A DNA stretch of 64,000 bases from a bacterium (lineage in GTDB: Bacteria; Hinthialibacterota; Hinthialibacteria; Hinthialibacterales; Hinthialibacteraceae): the NCBI GenBank assembly GCA_963663405.2, contig CAXXSM010000143.1, forward strand, positions 23,751 to 87,750, given 5' to 3'. The notes under the pieces were generated by a model, which worked only from the letters and a program-made list of their open reading frames with translations, ran no database searches and was not told where the DNA came from. Made by a program: the position numbers and the translations under genes. This document shows, in pieces, positions 10,114 to 18,862 of the stretch. Each line of letters begins with the position of its first letter. Position 1 is the first letter of the stretch.

Positions 10114-11398
10114 ATGGAATCCCCCTTTTCTCAATCCCTATCTCGCAAGCCACTGCAATCGATTCTCGTGAAACCCACCAGCGCGGATTGTAATCTGGCC
10201 TGTGAGTATTGTTTTTATTTAGAAAAAGCTGAACTGTATCCGTTGGAAAAACAGCGCCGCATGCCGCTGGATGTGATGGAAGAGATGGTAAAGCAAGTCA
10301 TGGAGACAGGACAGCCCTCGCTCTCGTTTGGCTGGCAGGGGGGCGAACCGACGTTGATGGGCCTCGATTTTTTCCGGAAAGCGGTCGAGTGTCAAAAAAA
10401 GTATGGACGGCAGGGGCAATCGGTCGGAAACGGCCTCCAGACCAATGGGATCTTGATCACGGATGAGTGGTGTGATTTTTTCAACGAGTATTCCTTCCTA
10501 ATCGGCCTATCCCTCGACGGCCCCCAGCACGTGCACGATCGCTACCGATTCACCATCGGCGGGGGACCTTCCTGGCGCAAAGTGGAGGATGCGGCGAAAC
10601 GCATGTTGGAACGAGGCGTGGCGGTGAATGCGCTGAGTGTCTTGAATGACTATTCCGCCGAATATCCCCAAGAGATCTATGAATACCATAAATCGCTTGG
10701 ATTCGAATTCTTGCAATTTATCCCCTGCGTAGAACCGGACATTGAAGGTATCAAAGCGGCGCCGTTTTCCGTAACGGGAGAACAATACGGGCGTTTTCTG
10801 TGCGAAATTTTCGATTTATGGCGGAAGGATTTTGTCGATGGAAAGCCCACCATTTCGGTGCGGTACTTTGATTCCTTATTTCATCTATATGTCAATATGC
10901 CACCGCCGGAATGCACTCTTTTGGAAGAATGCGGTTGTTATGTCGTTGTCGAGCACAACGGCGATGTGTATTCCTGCGATTTCTTTGTCCAGCCGGAGTG
11001 GAAACTGGGCAATCTCATGAAAGGAAACCTGAATGATTTTCTGAATGGCGATCAACAGACACGTTTCGGCTGCCTGAAAAAGGAAATTCCACCCGAATGC
11101 GTGGACTGCCCCCTGGCTGCATCTATGCCGGGGCGGCTGCACAAAGGACCGGATCAGCGATCCATCCGACCAAGGCTCGAATCACTTCTGCGCTGGATAC
11201 AAGATGTTCTTCGAACATACCGACGAAGCGTTCAAACAAATCGCCGAAGAATGGTGGGAACGACAGCGGGAGGAAGAAGAGGAATACTACCGCCAACAAG
11301 CGGAATACGCCGAATCCACCCCCCACCAAAAAGTAGGCCGCAACGACCCCTGCCCATGTGGAAGTGGGAAGAAGTATAAGAAGTGTTGTGGGGGATAA
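10114..11398 (+). CDS. Anaerobic sulfatase maturase (radical SAM/SPASM) with C-terminal SEC-C motif; +1 frameshift in a C5 run near 11110
   Basis: [25 protein letters not shown]; removing one C restores [18 protein letters not shown]...[10 protein letters not shown]...[18 protein letters not shown]. Confidence 0.92.
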
Positions 11399-11589
11399 GG
11401 ATGATTATGCATATTCATGTTGCGCATCATACAATTTCATGCTAATATCGGCTTGTTGGGATTTTTTGTAGAATTCGCAGGATTTTAAAATAATCGAAAT
11501 AAATCAGCGCAAAAAAGAGTAAGATATCTAGCATTTGATCTAGGCGATTGTACAAAATTCGAAAATATAAAACGAGTAGCATTTCAGTG

Positions 11590-12364
11590 ATGCGTGATCT
11601 CATCTTTATTTTAAAGAATCTAATTGATTACCACTATTTCTGGCTTAATCCTTTATTAATTGCATTCATCACTCTTTCTTCAGTATTGAATTATAGATTA
11701 ATTTTAATTACTTCGTCTATATCTCTTGCAATTATTTCCATATTTGATTTGCAAGATAGAAAAACGAAAAAAACACGTGAAGAACAATTGCAAAATGAAA
11801 AGAAAAAAAACGAGGTAATCTCAGATAATATAAAGAATTTATTTGATGGATACTTATATCAATTATCAAATACATTAGGCTTTGGCAATAAAAAAGAGTA
11901 TACAGAAAGAATTACACTCTATATACACGATGGGATTAATAAATTCATACCGTTTGGCCGGTTTTCACAAAATCCCGAATTCAGAAAACATGGTCGACCT
12001 GAATATCCCGATGATCAAGGTTGCATAGCAAAAAGTTGGCAAAATGGGTGGTGTTTTGATAATGATTTTAGCACAGAAGAAGACCAGCTTTTTACCAAGC
12101 ATAAAGATGAATATAAGATCCCAAAAGAGACAAGTAGAAAATTCAAAATGAAATCCAGGTTATATGCCGCTGGGAGGATTAATACCCAAGATAGTGGTAA
12201 TCCCCTTGCTATACTACTAGTTGAATCAACAGAAAAAGATCGCTATGATGAAGACGAGATAAAAAAGAAGATTGAAGACCAGAAGCAATTACCTTTCGGA
12301 GCTGATTGGAAATTTAAAAGATTATATTCCTATTCCAAAAACTGCGCGTGATAGAGGTATTTAA
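11590..12364 (+). CDS. Hypothetical 2-TM protein with soluble, possibly GAF-like domain; probable +1 frameshift near 12289
   Basis: AT-rich; two hydrophobic helices, then RITLYIHD...GRFSQNP...GRPEYPDDQGCIAKSW; alternative frame ends KDYIPIPKTARDRGI* with TAA 1 nt before the next ATG. Confidence 0.65.
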
Positions 12365-12365
12365 A

Positions 12366-12831
12366 ATGGCTCAGATAAAAGATATTGTGATTCATATTCT
12401 CAAGAATTACCCGCATAAAGATGAATTATCCAATGCGCGGGTTACAAAATTAGTTTATCTAGCCGATTGGCGTCATGTACTGGAAACAAAAGAACAAATT
12501 TCATCAATTAAGTGGTATTTTGACAACTATGGACCTTTTTGTTTGGGCAATAAAAGATGCAGTGGAAAATAATCCGGATATTTTCGAAATTAAAAAAACA
12601 AAAAATTCATATGGAGAGAAGAAAGATCTTTTTAAGTTAAAGAAACATAATTGCGAATACAGTTTATCAGATCAGGAGATCGAATCCATCGATTTCGTGA
12701 TCGATGTCACAAAAGACTTAAATTGGAGTGAATTTATAAGGCTCGTTTACTCCACGTATCCAGTCGCCAGTTCAGAACGATATACTAATCTTAACCTAAA
12801 AGAATATGCGTTAACCTACGATAGGCATTAA
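12366..12831 (+). CDS. Panacea (DUF4065/SocA-like) domain antitoxin; +1 frameshift in a T run near 12540
   Basis: VTKLVYLADW and WYFDNYGPF motifs; removing one T joins YGPF to VWAIKDAV...FIRLVYSTYP. Confidence 0.75.
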
Positions 12832-12998
12832 CTCTCTACAACATGCCACCACAACAATAAATCGATTCTTTAAAGCAGAACCGTAATATCTCACTTCATC
12901 ATCTTCCCCCCTTCATTCCCTCCCTCTTTTCAATTCTAATGAGATGAGTATTCTGCTATGGTACGATGATTCTTTTCTGCTATGTGTGAGTGAGGGCT

Positions 12999-13671
12999 AT
13001 GGGGCAGTTGTTGGTTCCTTCCAAGAAAATGTCTGAACTCGTTCTTCTCTTTTGTGGATTGAAAGGGGAGAGCGATACGAATGGGACGCTTGACCGATTG
13101 TTGGCCGCCGCCGCTGAGAATAATTTGATTGTGACCCTGCTGCTGTTTAAGATCGACCGGTTCGTTGAATTTCAGCGGGGAGTGCGATCCAAAAACAGCG
13201 AACCGCATCGGGGCGGGGCTGGCGGCGATTTTGATCGAACAGACACCGGATGAATTGTATGTGGACTGCGTAAGCGGGGGTGAATTTCTGGTCATCTTAC
13301 CTTCCATCAGCCAAGAACAGGCGCGGAAAGCGGGAAATGAGATCTGCAAGCGGTTCGCGGCGATGGTGGATTCCATCCTAGCGAAATCTCATTTAAGCGT
13401 TTCACTTAGCGGAGGAACATCCGAGTTTCCCTCCAACGCCGAGAACCGGACCGAACTCTTTCGTGGCGCGCGGGAGGCCGCCTATCGAGCCTCAAAAGCG
13501 GGTGGAAACCGGGTGTTTCCAACAGAAAAAGGCCCCATGCGCGCGACCTCGACACAATACACAAGCGTTCAGATTGAAAAGTTGAAACAACTATCCAGCA
13601 TGGAAGGCATCAGCCAAGTTTCCCTGCTGCGTGAGGCGTTGGATGATTTATTGTTGAAATATGGTTTGTAA
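12999..13671 (+). CDS. Degenerate GGDEF domain fused to a C-terminal ribbon-helix-helix; +1 frameshift near 13170
   Basis: LLFKIDRF, SGGEFLVILP, SLSGGTSEFP, AAYRASKAGGNRV, then QIEKLKQLS...SLLREALDDLLLKY. Confidence 0.75.
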
Positions 13672-13727
13672 ACCGCTTAGCGCCCGCCTGAACGCAGTAC
13701 CCACAATAAAACAAGTCAAAATTTTAC

Positions 13728-13756
13728 TTGTTCCCATTACGGGAACATGCTATCAT
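13728..13756 (+). promoter_or_regulatory. higBA promoter with palindromic operator
   Basis: TTGTTC-17nt-TATCAT with extended TG; palindrome TGTTCCC-attac-GGGAACA at 13729-13747. Confidence 0.7.
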
Positions 13757-13759
13757 AAG

Positions 13760-13848
13760 AACCATCATGATTGAGATCACAACTGCAAATGAAAATGAGT
13801 TGCGGGAGTGAATTCTAACGAGAAAGCCTTAGGAACTCATTTTCATAT
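13760..13848. repeat. Family A element (reverse orientation) between the higBA promoter and the higB start
   Basis: 58-bp core 13789-13846; flank catgattgagatcacaac matches the copy near 59803. Confidence 0.85.
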
Positions 13849-13851
13849 AAA

Positions 13852-14145
13852 ATGAGAATAATCGCACGAAGTACTTTACGGAAATTCTGGGAACGTCATC
13901 CACAGGCGGAGCAACCCTTGAAAGCATGGTTCAAGTTCGCATCCGCAGCCGACTGGTCATCGCCGGATGAAGTGAAATTGGATTATCGTAAGGCCAGTTT
14001 TCTAGAGGAAAACCGGGTTTGTTTTGACATCGGTGGGAACAAATTCCGCCTTGTGGTCCGGATCAATTATCCGTACCGCGCCGTATATATCCGGTTCATT
14101 GGAACTCATAAAGAATACGACGCCATTGACGCAAACACTGTTTAA
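13852..14145 (+). CDS. higB: HigB family mRNA interferase toxin
   Basis: MRIIARSTLRKFW...FDIGGNKFRL...FIGTHKEYD signature. Confidence 0.93.
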   Translation: MRIIARSTLRKFWERHPQAEQPLKAWFKFASAADWSSPDEVKLDYRKASFLEENRVCFDIGGNKFRLVVRINYPYRAVYIRFIGTHKEYDAIDANTV

Positions 14146-14163
14146 GCATGAGAGGCGCATAAG

Positions 14164-14547
14164 ATGAATATTACACCAATTAAAACGGAAGACGACTATA
14201 AAAAGGTTTTGGCGGAGATTGACCAGCTTATGGACGCGGAACCGGACACCCCAGCCGGAGACCGGCTTGACGTACTAACGACGTTGGCAGAGGCTTACGA
14301 AAAGAAAAACTATCCCATCGAAGAACCAGACCCGGTCGAAGCCATTTTACATCGCATGGAAGCCCTTGGACTGACCAGAAAAGACCTGGAGCCACTTTTG
14401 GGTACCCGCGCCCGTGTGTCGGAGATCCTATCCCGGAAACGGCCTCTAAGTATCGCTATGATCCGGCGAGTTCATGAATCCTTACGAATACCAACGGACA
14501 TCCTAATCCAACCCTATAGGACCAGTGGAACCAGCGGGCGTATTTAG
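14164..14547 (+). CDS. higA: HigA antitoxin (XRE HTH)
   Basis: PIKTEDDY...DRLDVLTTLAEAYE...RARVSEILSRKRPLS; follows higB. Confidence 0.93.
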   Translation: MNITPIKTEDDYKKVLAEIDQLMDAEPDTPAGDRLDVLTTLAEAYEKKNYPIEEPDPVEAILHRMEALGLTRKDLEPLLGTRARVSEILSRKRPLSIAMIRRVHESLRIPTDILIQPYRTSGTSGRI

Positions 14548-14595
14548 GGTACATGGATAGAAGTAAACGCGCTCATATTCCAAAAGAGCCTTTTT

Positions 14596-15765
14596 TTACT
14601 TCGCGCTGAACCATGCGATGGGAATTGAGTAGAAAACCAAACTTGTGTTTTGGAAATTGGGATTTCCTTTTTTCCAATGATAGTAGGTGAGAAGAATACG
14701 ATCTTGAAACGGTGTGGCGCTGGTGTACGCGAAACCGGAATCGGGATTGTCTTCAATGTTTTTAACATTCTCCCAGGTTTTTCCTTCATCCCGGCTGATG
14801 GCTATTGTGAGAGGCGTTCGTCCCTGCCAACCGGCTTTGTTCCCTTTTGGATTATTGTTCCAGATCATCAGGAGTTCGTTTGATCCTGGAAGCCGAGCGA
14901 TCGTCGCGGGGGCCGCCGGCGCGGTTAGATCCATCGGCTTCACCGGGCTCCAGTGTTCGCCGCCGTCGGAGCTGATCGCTTGATAAATGCGATCGAGCCG
15001 TGTGCGGATAATCATAAGAACCTTGCCATCCTTCAATTCAACCAGCCCCGGTTCCATCGCGGGAGAGCCATCCAGTCCAGCATGGCCCGGCGCCTGGCTC
15101 CATGTTTTTCCATCATCATCGGAATAATAACAGAGGCAGACCTGTTCGTTGTAATCTTTGGATATATCCGCGCACCAAGCGGCGGGAACCAGGATGCGTC
15201 CGGTTGAGAGTTGGATCACACGCGCGTTATTCACGACATGATAGCCCGGACGATCAGTGACCAAACGGGATTCGGACCAGGTTTCAGCCTCATCGGCGCT
15301 CTCACGAAGATACACTTTCAAATCGTCCGGCCCATTCTTCACAAGAAAGAAGAAAAGGATGTTTCCCGAACGCAGCCGCAGGAATGAAACGCTCATCACA
15401 TTCTGTTCCCCAATGTTATCTTGGAGAATAAATTCCCTGCCCCAGCTGCGTCCACCATCAGCGCTTTTCTTCGCCGCGATGACGGCGGAAGCGTGATCGG
15501 CGCGGCCCGTGAATTGGCTCCAAGCCAGCAGTAGCGTTCCATCGTTCAGTTCAATGATATCGCCCTCGCTGTTGCGTGGATTGGATTCTGACGCGGGGCA
15601 GACGGTCAGACGAAATGGGTCATCAATAGTCGATTTCGCATACACGGGGGAGATCCAAGAAAAGGGATTGACCGCAGTATAGGCGGCGAGAAAACTCAAA
15701 AGGAGAAAACTCCGGACAGAAACGAGAGAAGATTCAAAACCATCACACAACCGGTCTAGCGTCAC
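14596..15765 (-). CDS. Secreted BNR-repeat sialidase-like glycoside hydrolase
   Basis: PRNSEGD, Asp-boxes SADGGRSW, SDDDGKTW, SSDGGEHW, SRDEGKTW; GTG start at 15765 inferred (ORF track shows it fused to the upstream membrane protein). Confidence 0.85.
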   Translation of the reverse strand: MTLDRLCDGFESSLVSVRSFLLLSFLAAYTAVNPFSWISPVYAKSTIDDPFRLTVCPASESNPRNSEGDIIELNDGTLLLAWSQFTGRADHASAVIAAKKSADGGRSWGREFILQDNIGEQNVMSVSFLRLRSGNILFFFLVKNGPDDLKVYLRESADEAETWSESRLVTDRPGYHVVNNARVIQLSTGRILVPAAWCADISKDYNEQVCLCYYSDDDGKTWSQAPGHAGLDGSPAMEPGLVELKDGKVLMIIRTRLDRIYQAISSDGGEHWSPVKPMDLTAPAAPATIARLPGSNELLMIWNNNPKGNKAGWQGRTPLTIAISRDEGKTWENVKNIEDNPDSGFAYTSATPFQDRILLTYYHWKKGNPNFQNTSLVFYSIPIAWFSAK

Positions 15766-16038
15766 AACGGCGCCCACCAATCCCAAAAGCGCCAAAACAA
15801 ACGAAGCGCTTTCCCGCATAAGCAGGATACAGAATGGTAAAATCGAGAACAAAAGAAAACCGATGGAAATCAAGAACAAGCAGAGAATGATAATCAGCTG
15901 CACGCTGAATTCCAGCCAATAATCCCCCCGGTAATACCGGCGCAGAACAAACAAATCCCCCGGCGCCTTCCGGATAACAACAAGGACCCAATAAATCATA
16001 AAAACATTCAACATTCCGTTGGCGATGATGTGTGTCAT
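15762..16038 (-). CDS. Small 2-TM protein, paralog 4 of the WxxxxIxxxPxD family
   Basis: YWVLVVIRKAPGDLFVLRRYY...EF matches the three paralogs at 16946-17981; a one-base deletion near 15820 would end it at TGA 15762 in a GTGA overlap. Confidence 0.55.
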
Positions 16039-16110
16039 AGGTTAACCATTTTTTGTTTGTTGTTCGTTGGTTTGTAAGACAAAAAAGATCAGTAATTATA
16101 AGTCAAGAGT

Positions 16111-16314
16111 CTATCGCTCATTGATGACTGTATCAGACCAGCAACTTTCTGAAGAACTAGTCATGTCAAGGATTGCTTCTATCGGAACACTTTGCTTAGA
16201 TTTACCAGACGTCTGTTTCATCGGTTCTAACAATTGAATATAGTCATAAACAACAACAAGTTCCTCAAGATTCATATGTTCGATTGAATCGTATATTCGT
16301 TCTTTCAGGATCAT
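16111..16314 (-). CDS. Small hypothetical protein, antitoxin-like
   Basis: 67 aa, GGAG RBS, AT-rich, downstream of hicA; function is inference only. Confidence 0.5.
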   Translation of the reverse strand: MILKERIYDSIEHMNLEELVVVYDYIQLLEPMKQTSGKSKQSVPIEAILDMTSSSESCWSDTVINER

Positions 16315-16446
16315 AGTTCTTCTCCCGAATGTTCAGCGTCTAATATACAATTATTATCGTCATTTTCTCTCATTCGCATACGATTTAGAAGACTAAAAGC
16401 GGAGCGGAGAGCGTTTAAAGTTTTACAAAGCGTTCTGGCAAAGTAA

Positions 16447-16674
16447 TCACAATTTTTTAAGTAGGTCATCCACTGATATGCGCGCCTGTTTAAGGATATG
16501 TGATAATGTGGACCGCTTAATAGGCTTATGCGCTGGGACAATCAATTTAAGAGTTTCATCATCTTCATGCTTTTGTAACCTTATATGTGATCCGCGCTGA
16601 CGGACAATAATCCATCCATCACGTTGCAATACTTTGATTAATTGATCATAGTTGAGGCTGGGAACTTTACTCAT
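16447..16674 (-). CDS. hicA: HicA family toxin
   Basis: LQRDGWIIVRQRGSHIRL...VPAHKPIKRSTLSHILKQA. Confidence 0.92.
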   Translation of the reverse strand: MSKVPSLNYDQLIKVLQRDGWIIVRQRGSHIRLQKHEDDETLKLIVPAHKPIKRSTLSHILKQARISVDDLLKKL

Positions 16675-16874
16675 ATTGCCAGTTCAATTTTTTCCGCATT
16701 CGATACTGTTAATACATCATCATCAATAGATTCTAAATAGAGTTGGATTGCCTCTTTGCAATTATTTATCGCTTCTTCTTTCGTTTCTCCCTCTGATATG
16801 CAACCAGGCAGCGATGGAACAATTACTGTGTATCCCCCTTCATCGCTAGGTTCGAGATAGATGTTAATCTTCAT
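16671..16874 (-). CDS. hicB: HicB family antitoxin (short form)
   Basis: GGYTVIVPSLPGCISEGETKEEA; ATGA overlap with hicA. Confidence 0.92.
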   Translation of the reverse strand: MKINIYLEPSDEGGYTVIVPSLPGCISEGETKEEAINNCKEAIQLYLESIDDDVLTVSNAEKIELAI

Positions 16875-16945
16875 ATCGATTTCTCCTCGGCGATTTCATT
16901 CACGTTATTCACAATTATACTCCTAATTCTATGTGTATTATCCCC

Positions 16946-17182
16946 TCACGAATGAAACAGCCCAATAAACCCTTTTACCACCGCATAGACATCGGGGATC
17001 AGGTGAAACGCAGCTAGGTACGCGGAGGTGATCCAGCAGAAACCCGCTACGGTGATGGATGTCCAGAATTCATCCAGATCTTCATTCTGGAATTGATCGC
17101 GGATGATGGCGAGATCGGATGGGACGTTTTGAATCGTATAACCGATCCATAGAAGCATGAGAATGAAGAGTATCGCGGCCAT
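16946..17182 (-). CDS. Small 2-TM protein, paralog 3
   Basis: LLWIGYTIQNVPSDLAIIR...EFWTSI. Confidence 0.75.
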   Translation of the reverse strand: MAAILFILMLLWIGYTIQNVPSDLAIIRDQFQNEDLDEFWTSITVAGFCWITSAYLAAFHLIPDVYAVVKGFIGLFHS

Positions 17183-17449
17183 AGTATTGTATCTTTCAAG
17201 TTCAAGCGGCGAATTGAAGTTTTATAATTCGCAGCAGCCGGATTTTCGATATCTTATATAGAATTTTACGTTCCTCATCTCATTCTTCCAAGCGCGATCG
17301 ATTGAAAGCGCTTCTTGTCCGCGAATTCTCCTCAATTCTTTGCAAAAGTATGTCGATGTTTATGAACTTGATTCATGACGAGATTGTTGAATCATATGAG
17401 GGTAAGACAAAGCTTTACTATTAGTTTACTGCGCGTAGCGATAGAGCGT

Positions 17450-17716
17450 TCATCTCATACCAGTTATCAGCGCATAGATATTTTTTAATCCGCTCCAGCA
17501 GACCAGGGACCAGGGATAGATGATGAAAATGGAAATTAGGATTGAGGTGACCCAGAAAAAGACCGACACTCCCAGATCCGTCCAAAATTCCATCATCTTA
17601 TTTTCTTTAAGGTTATAACGGATTATGGAAATGTCGGATGGGATTTTGTTGATTGTGTACCCGACCCACATCAACGAAAAAACAAGGAAAAGAGCCGTTG
17701 CGATTCCTCCGTACAT
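17450..17716 (-). CDS. Small 2-TM protein, paralog 2
   Basis: LMWVGYTINKIPSDISIIR...EFWTDL; ATG 17716 with AAGGA RBS. Confidence 0.75.
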   Translation of the reverse strand: MYGGIATALFLVFSLMWVGYTINKIPSDISIIRYNLKENKMMEFWTDLGVSVFFWVTSILISIFIIYPWSLVCWSGLKNIYALITGMR

Positions 17717-17738
17717 GCTTTGTATCCTTTCCAGCGAA

Positions 17739-17981
17739 TCAAAACCGCAAAAAACCACTTAGACTAAAATGGAGATACCAAAAAGAGAATAGAAAAAAAA
17801 AAGCGATCATACAGAGAGATGTAATCCAGAAAAAGCCTGCTTCAACGATCGATATCCACAATTCACCCATCAAACCAACCCGGTAATGGCGACGGATCGC
17901 TTCCATATCGGATGGGAAACGGTGTATGGTGTACGCTATCCAGAGCAGCATCACTATATCGATCGCGTATACGATAAACAT
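17739..17981 (-). CDS. Small 2-TM protein, paralog 1
   Basis: LLWIAYTIHRFPSDMEAIR...ELWISI; GAGGAG RBS. Confidence 0.75.
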   Translation of the reverse strand: MFIVYAIDIVMLLWIAYTIHRFPSDMEAIRRHYRVGLMGELWISIVEAGFFWITSLCMIAFFFLFSFWYLHFSLSGFLRF

Positions 17982-18186
17982 GATCCACTCCTCATTTCAA
18001 AATTTAAATTCAACACTCACTAATTCAATACGAACATCCTTACACAGTATTTCAACAAAACTCACCTAAGTTTAAACTGAACAAATGTTTAGTATTTTGG
18101 CCTAAGTCTTGCAATACAAGCGGATTGCAACATCTCGAAATCCAACTTGAGAAAAAAAGAGTTCAGAAGAAAGGCGCAATGTCATA

Positions 18187-18810
18187 ATGAAACCGAATTA
18201 TTCAACAGATATAAATACGTATCAAGAAGAAACGCAACCTCCGGAATGGGAAGCGTTATTAAATGATGTCACCTACCCGCCGAATTTCGCTGAAATCGCA
18301 TGGGATCCACAGCTTCTGGGTGAAATGTTCGACCGGTTGGGGATGGAAACGCTTCTCGATGGCCCTGTCGATGTGTACCGGGATGAAGAATGCGTCCGTC
18401 AGATTGAACTAACGCGCAAAATCGCGGACCGTAAACTGCAGGGGCTTACGAGACAGGTGATCCTGCTTCTTCTGGGAACCGGCGCCAGTTATCAGCGAAT
18501 GAGTGAATTGCTGCATGTCTCTGTCGATACGATCCAACGGCAAGTGAAACAAGGCGTCCAACAGATCCGGAACGTATTGAAAGAGAAGAAAATGGGAGAA
18601 TTCCCTGCCGGACATGGGAAACGCCCCACGATCCGGGCGTCCCTCTTTCCGTTGGATACAAAGGAGGAACGGATTCAGTTTGTCACCTTCCTGAATCAAC
18701 ATACTGTCGTTCATGTCGCCTACAATGTTGATGAGCGCTTCCGGGAAGTTCTCGCCGTCTATATGACTGAGGGTGGAAGGAAGAAAAGGCTTGGGCGCCG
18801 CGCTTCGTAA
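18187..18810 (+). CDS. Putative DNA-binding protein with a sigma70 region-4-like HTH
   Basis: LQGLTRQVILLLLGTGASYQRMSELLHVSVDTIQRQVKQG resembles sigma region 4; no region 2 recognisable. Confidence 0.65.
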   Translation: MKPNYSTDINTYQEETQPPEWEALLNDVTYPPNFAEIAWDPQLLGEMFDRLGMETLLDGPVDVYRDEECVRQIELTRKIADRKLQGLTRQVILLLLGTGASYQRMSELLHVSVDTIQRQVKQGVQQIRNVLKEKKMGEFPAGHGKRPTIRASLFPLDTKEERIQFVTFLNQHTVVHVAYNVDERFREVLAVYMTEGGRKKRLGRRAS

Positions 18811-18862
18811 AGGTACACTAACGCTCGTATCCAAAAACTGCAAAACAGGGAGAATTGAGCGC

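Noticed and set aside
11520-12900. Integron cassette origin of the AT-rich genes
   Set aside because: No convincing RYYYAAC...GTTRRRY attC structure and no integrase in the window
14596-16038. 480 aa fusion of a 2-TM protein with a sialidase, as shown in the ORF track
   Set aside because: A one-base correction gives a paralog-sized protein ending in a GTGA overlap with a sialidase that has its own signal-like segment; the fusion is unproven
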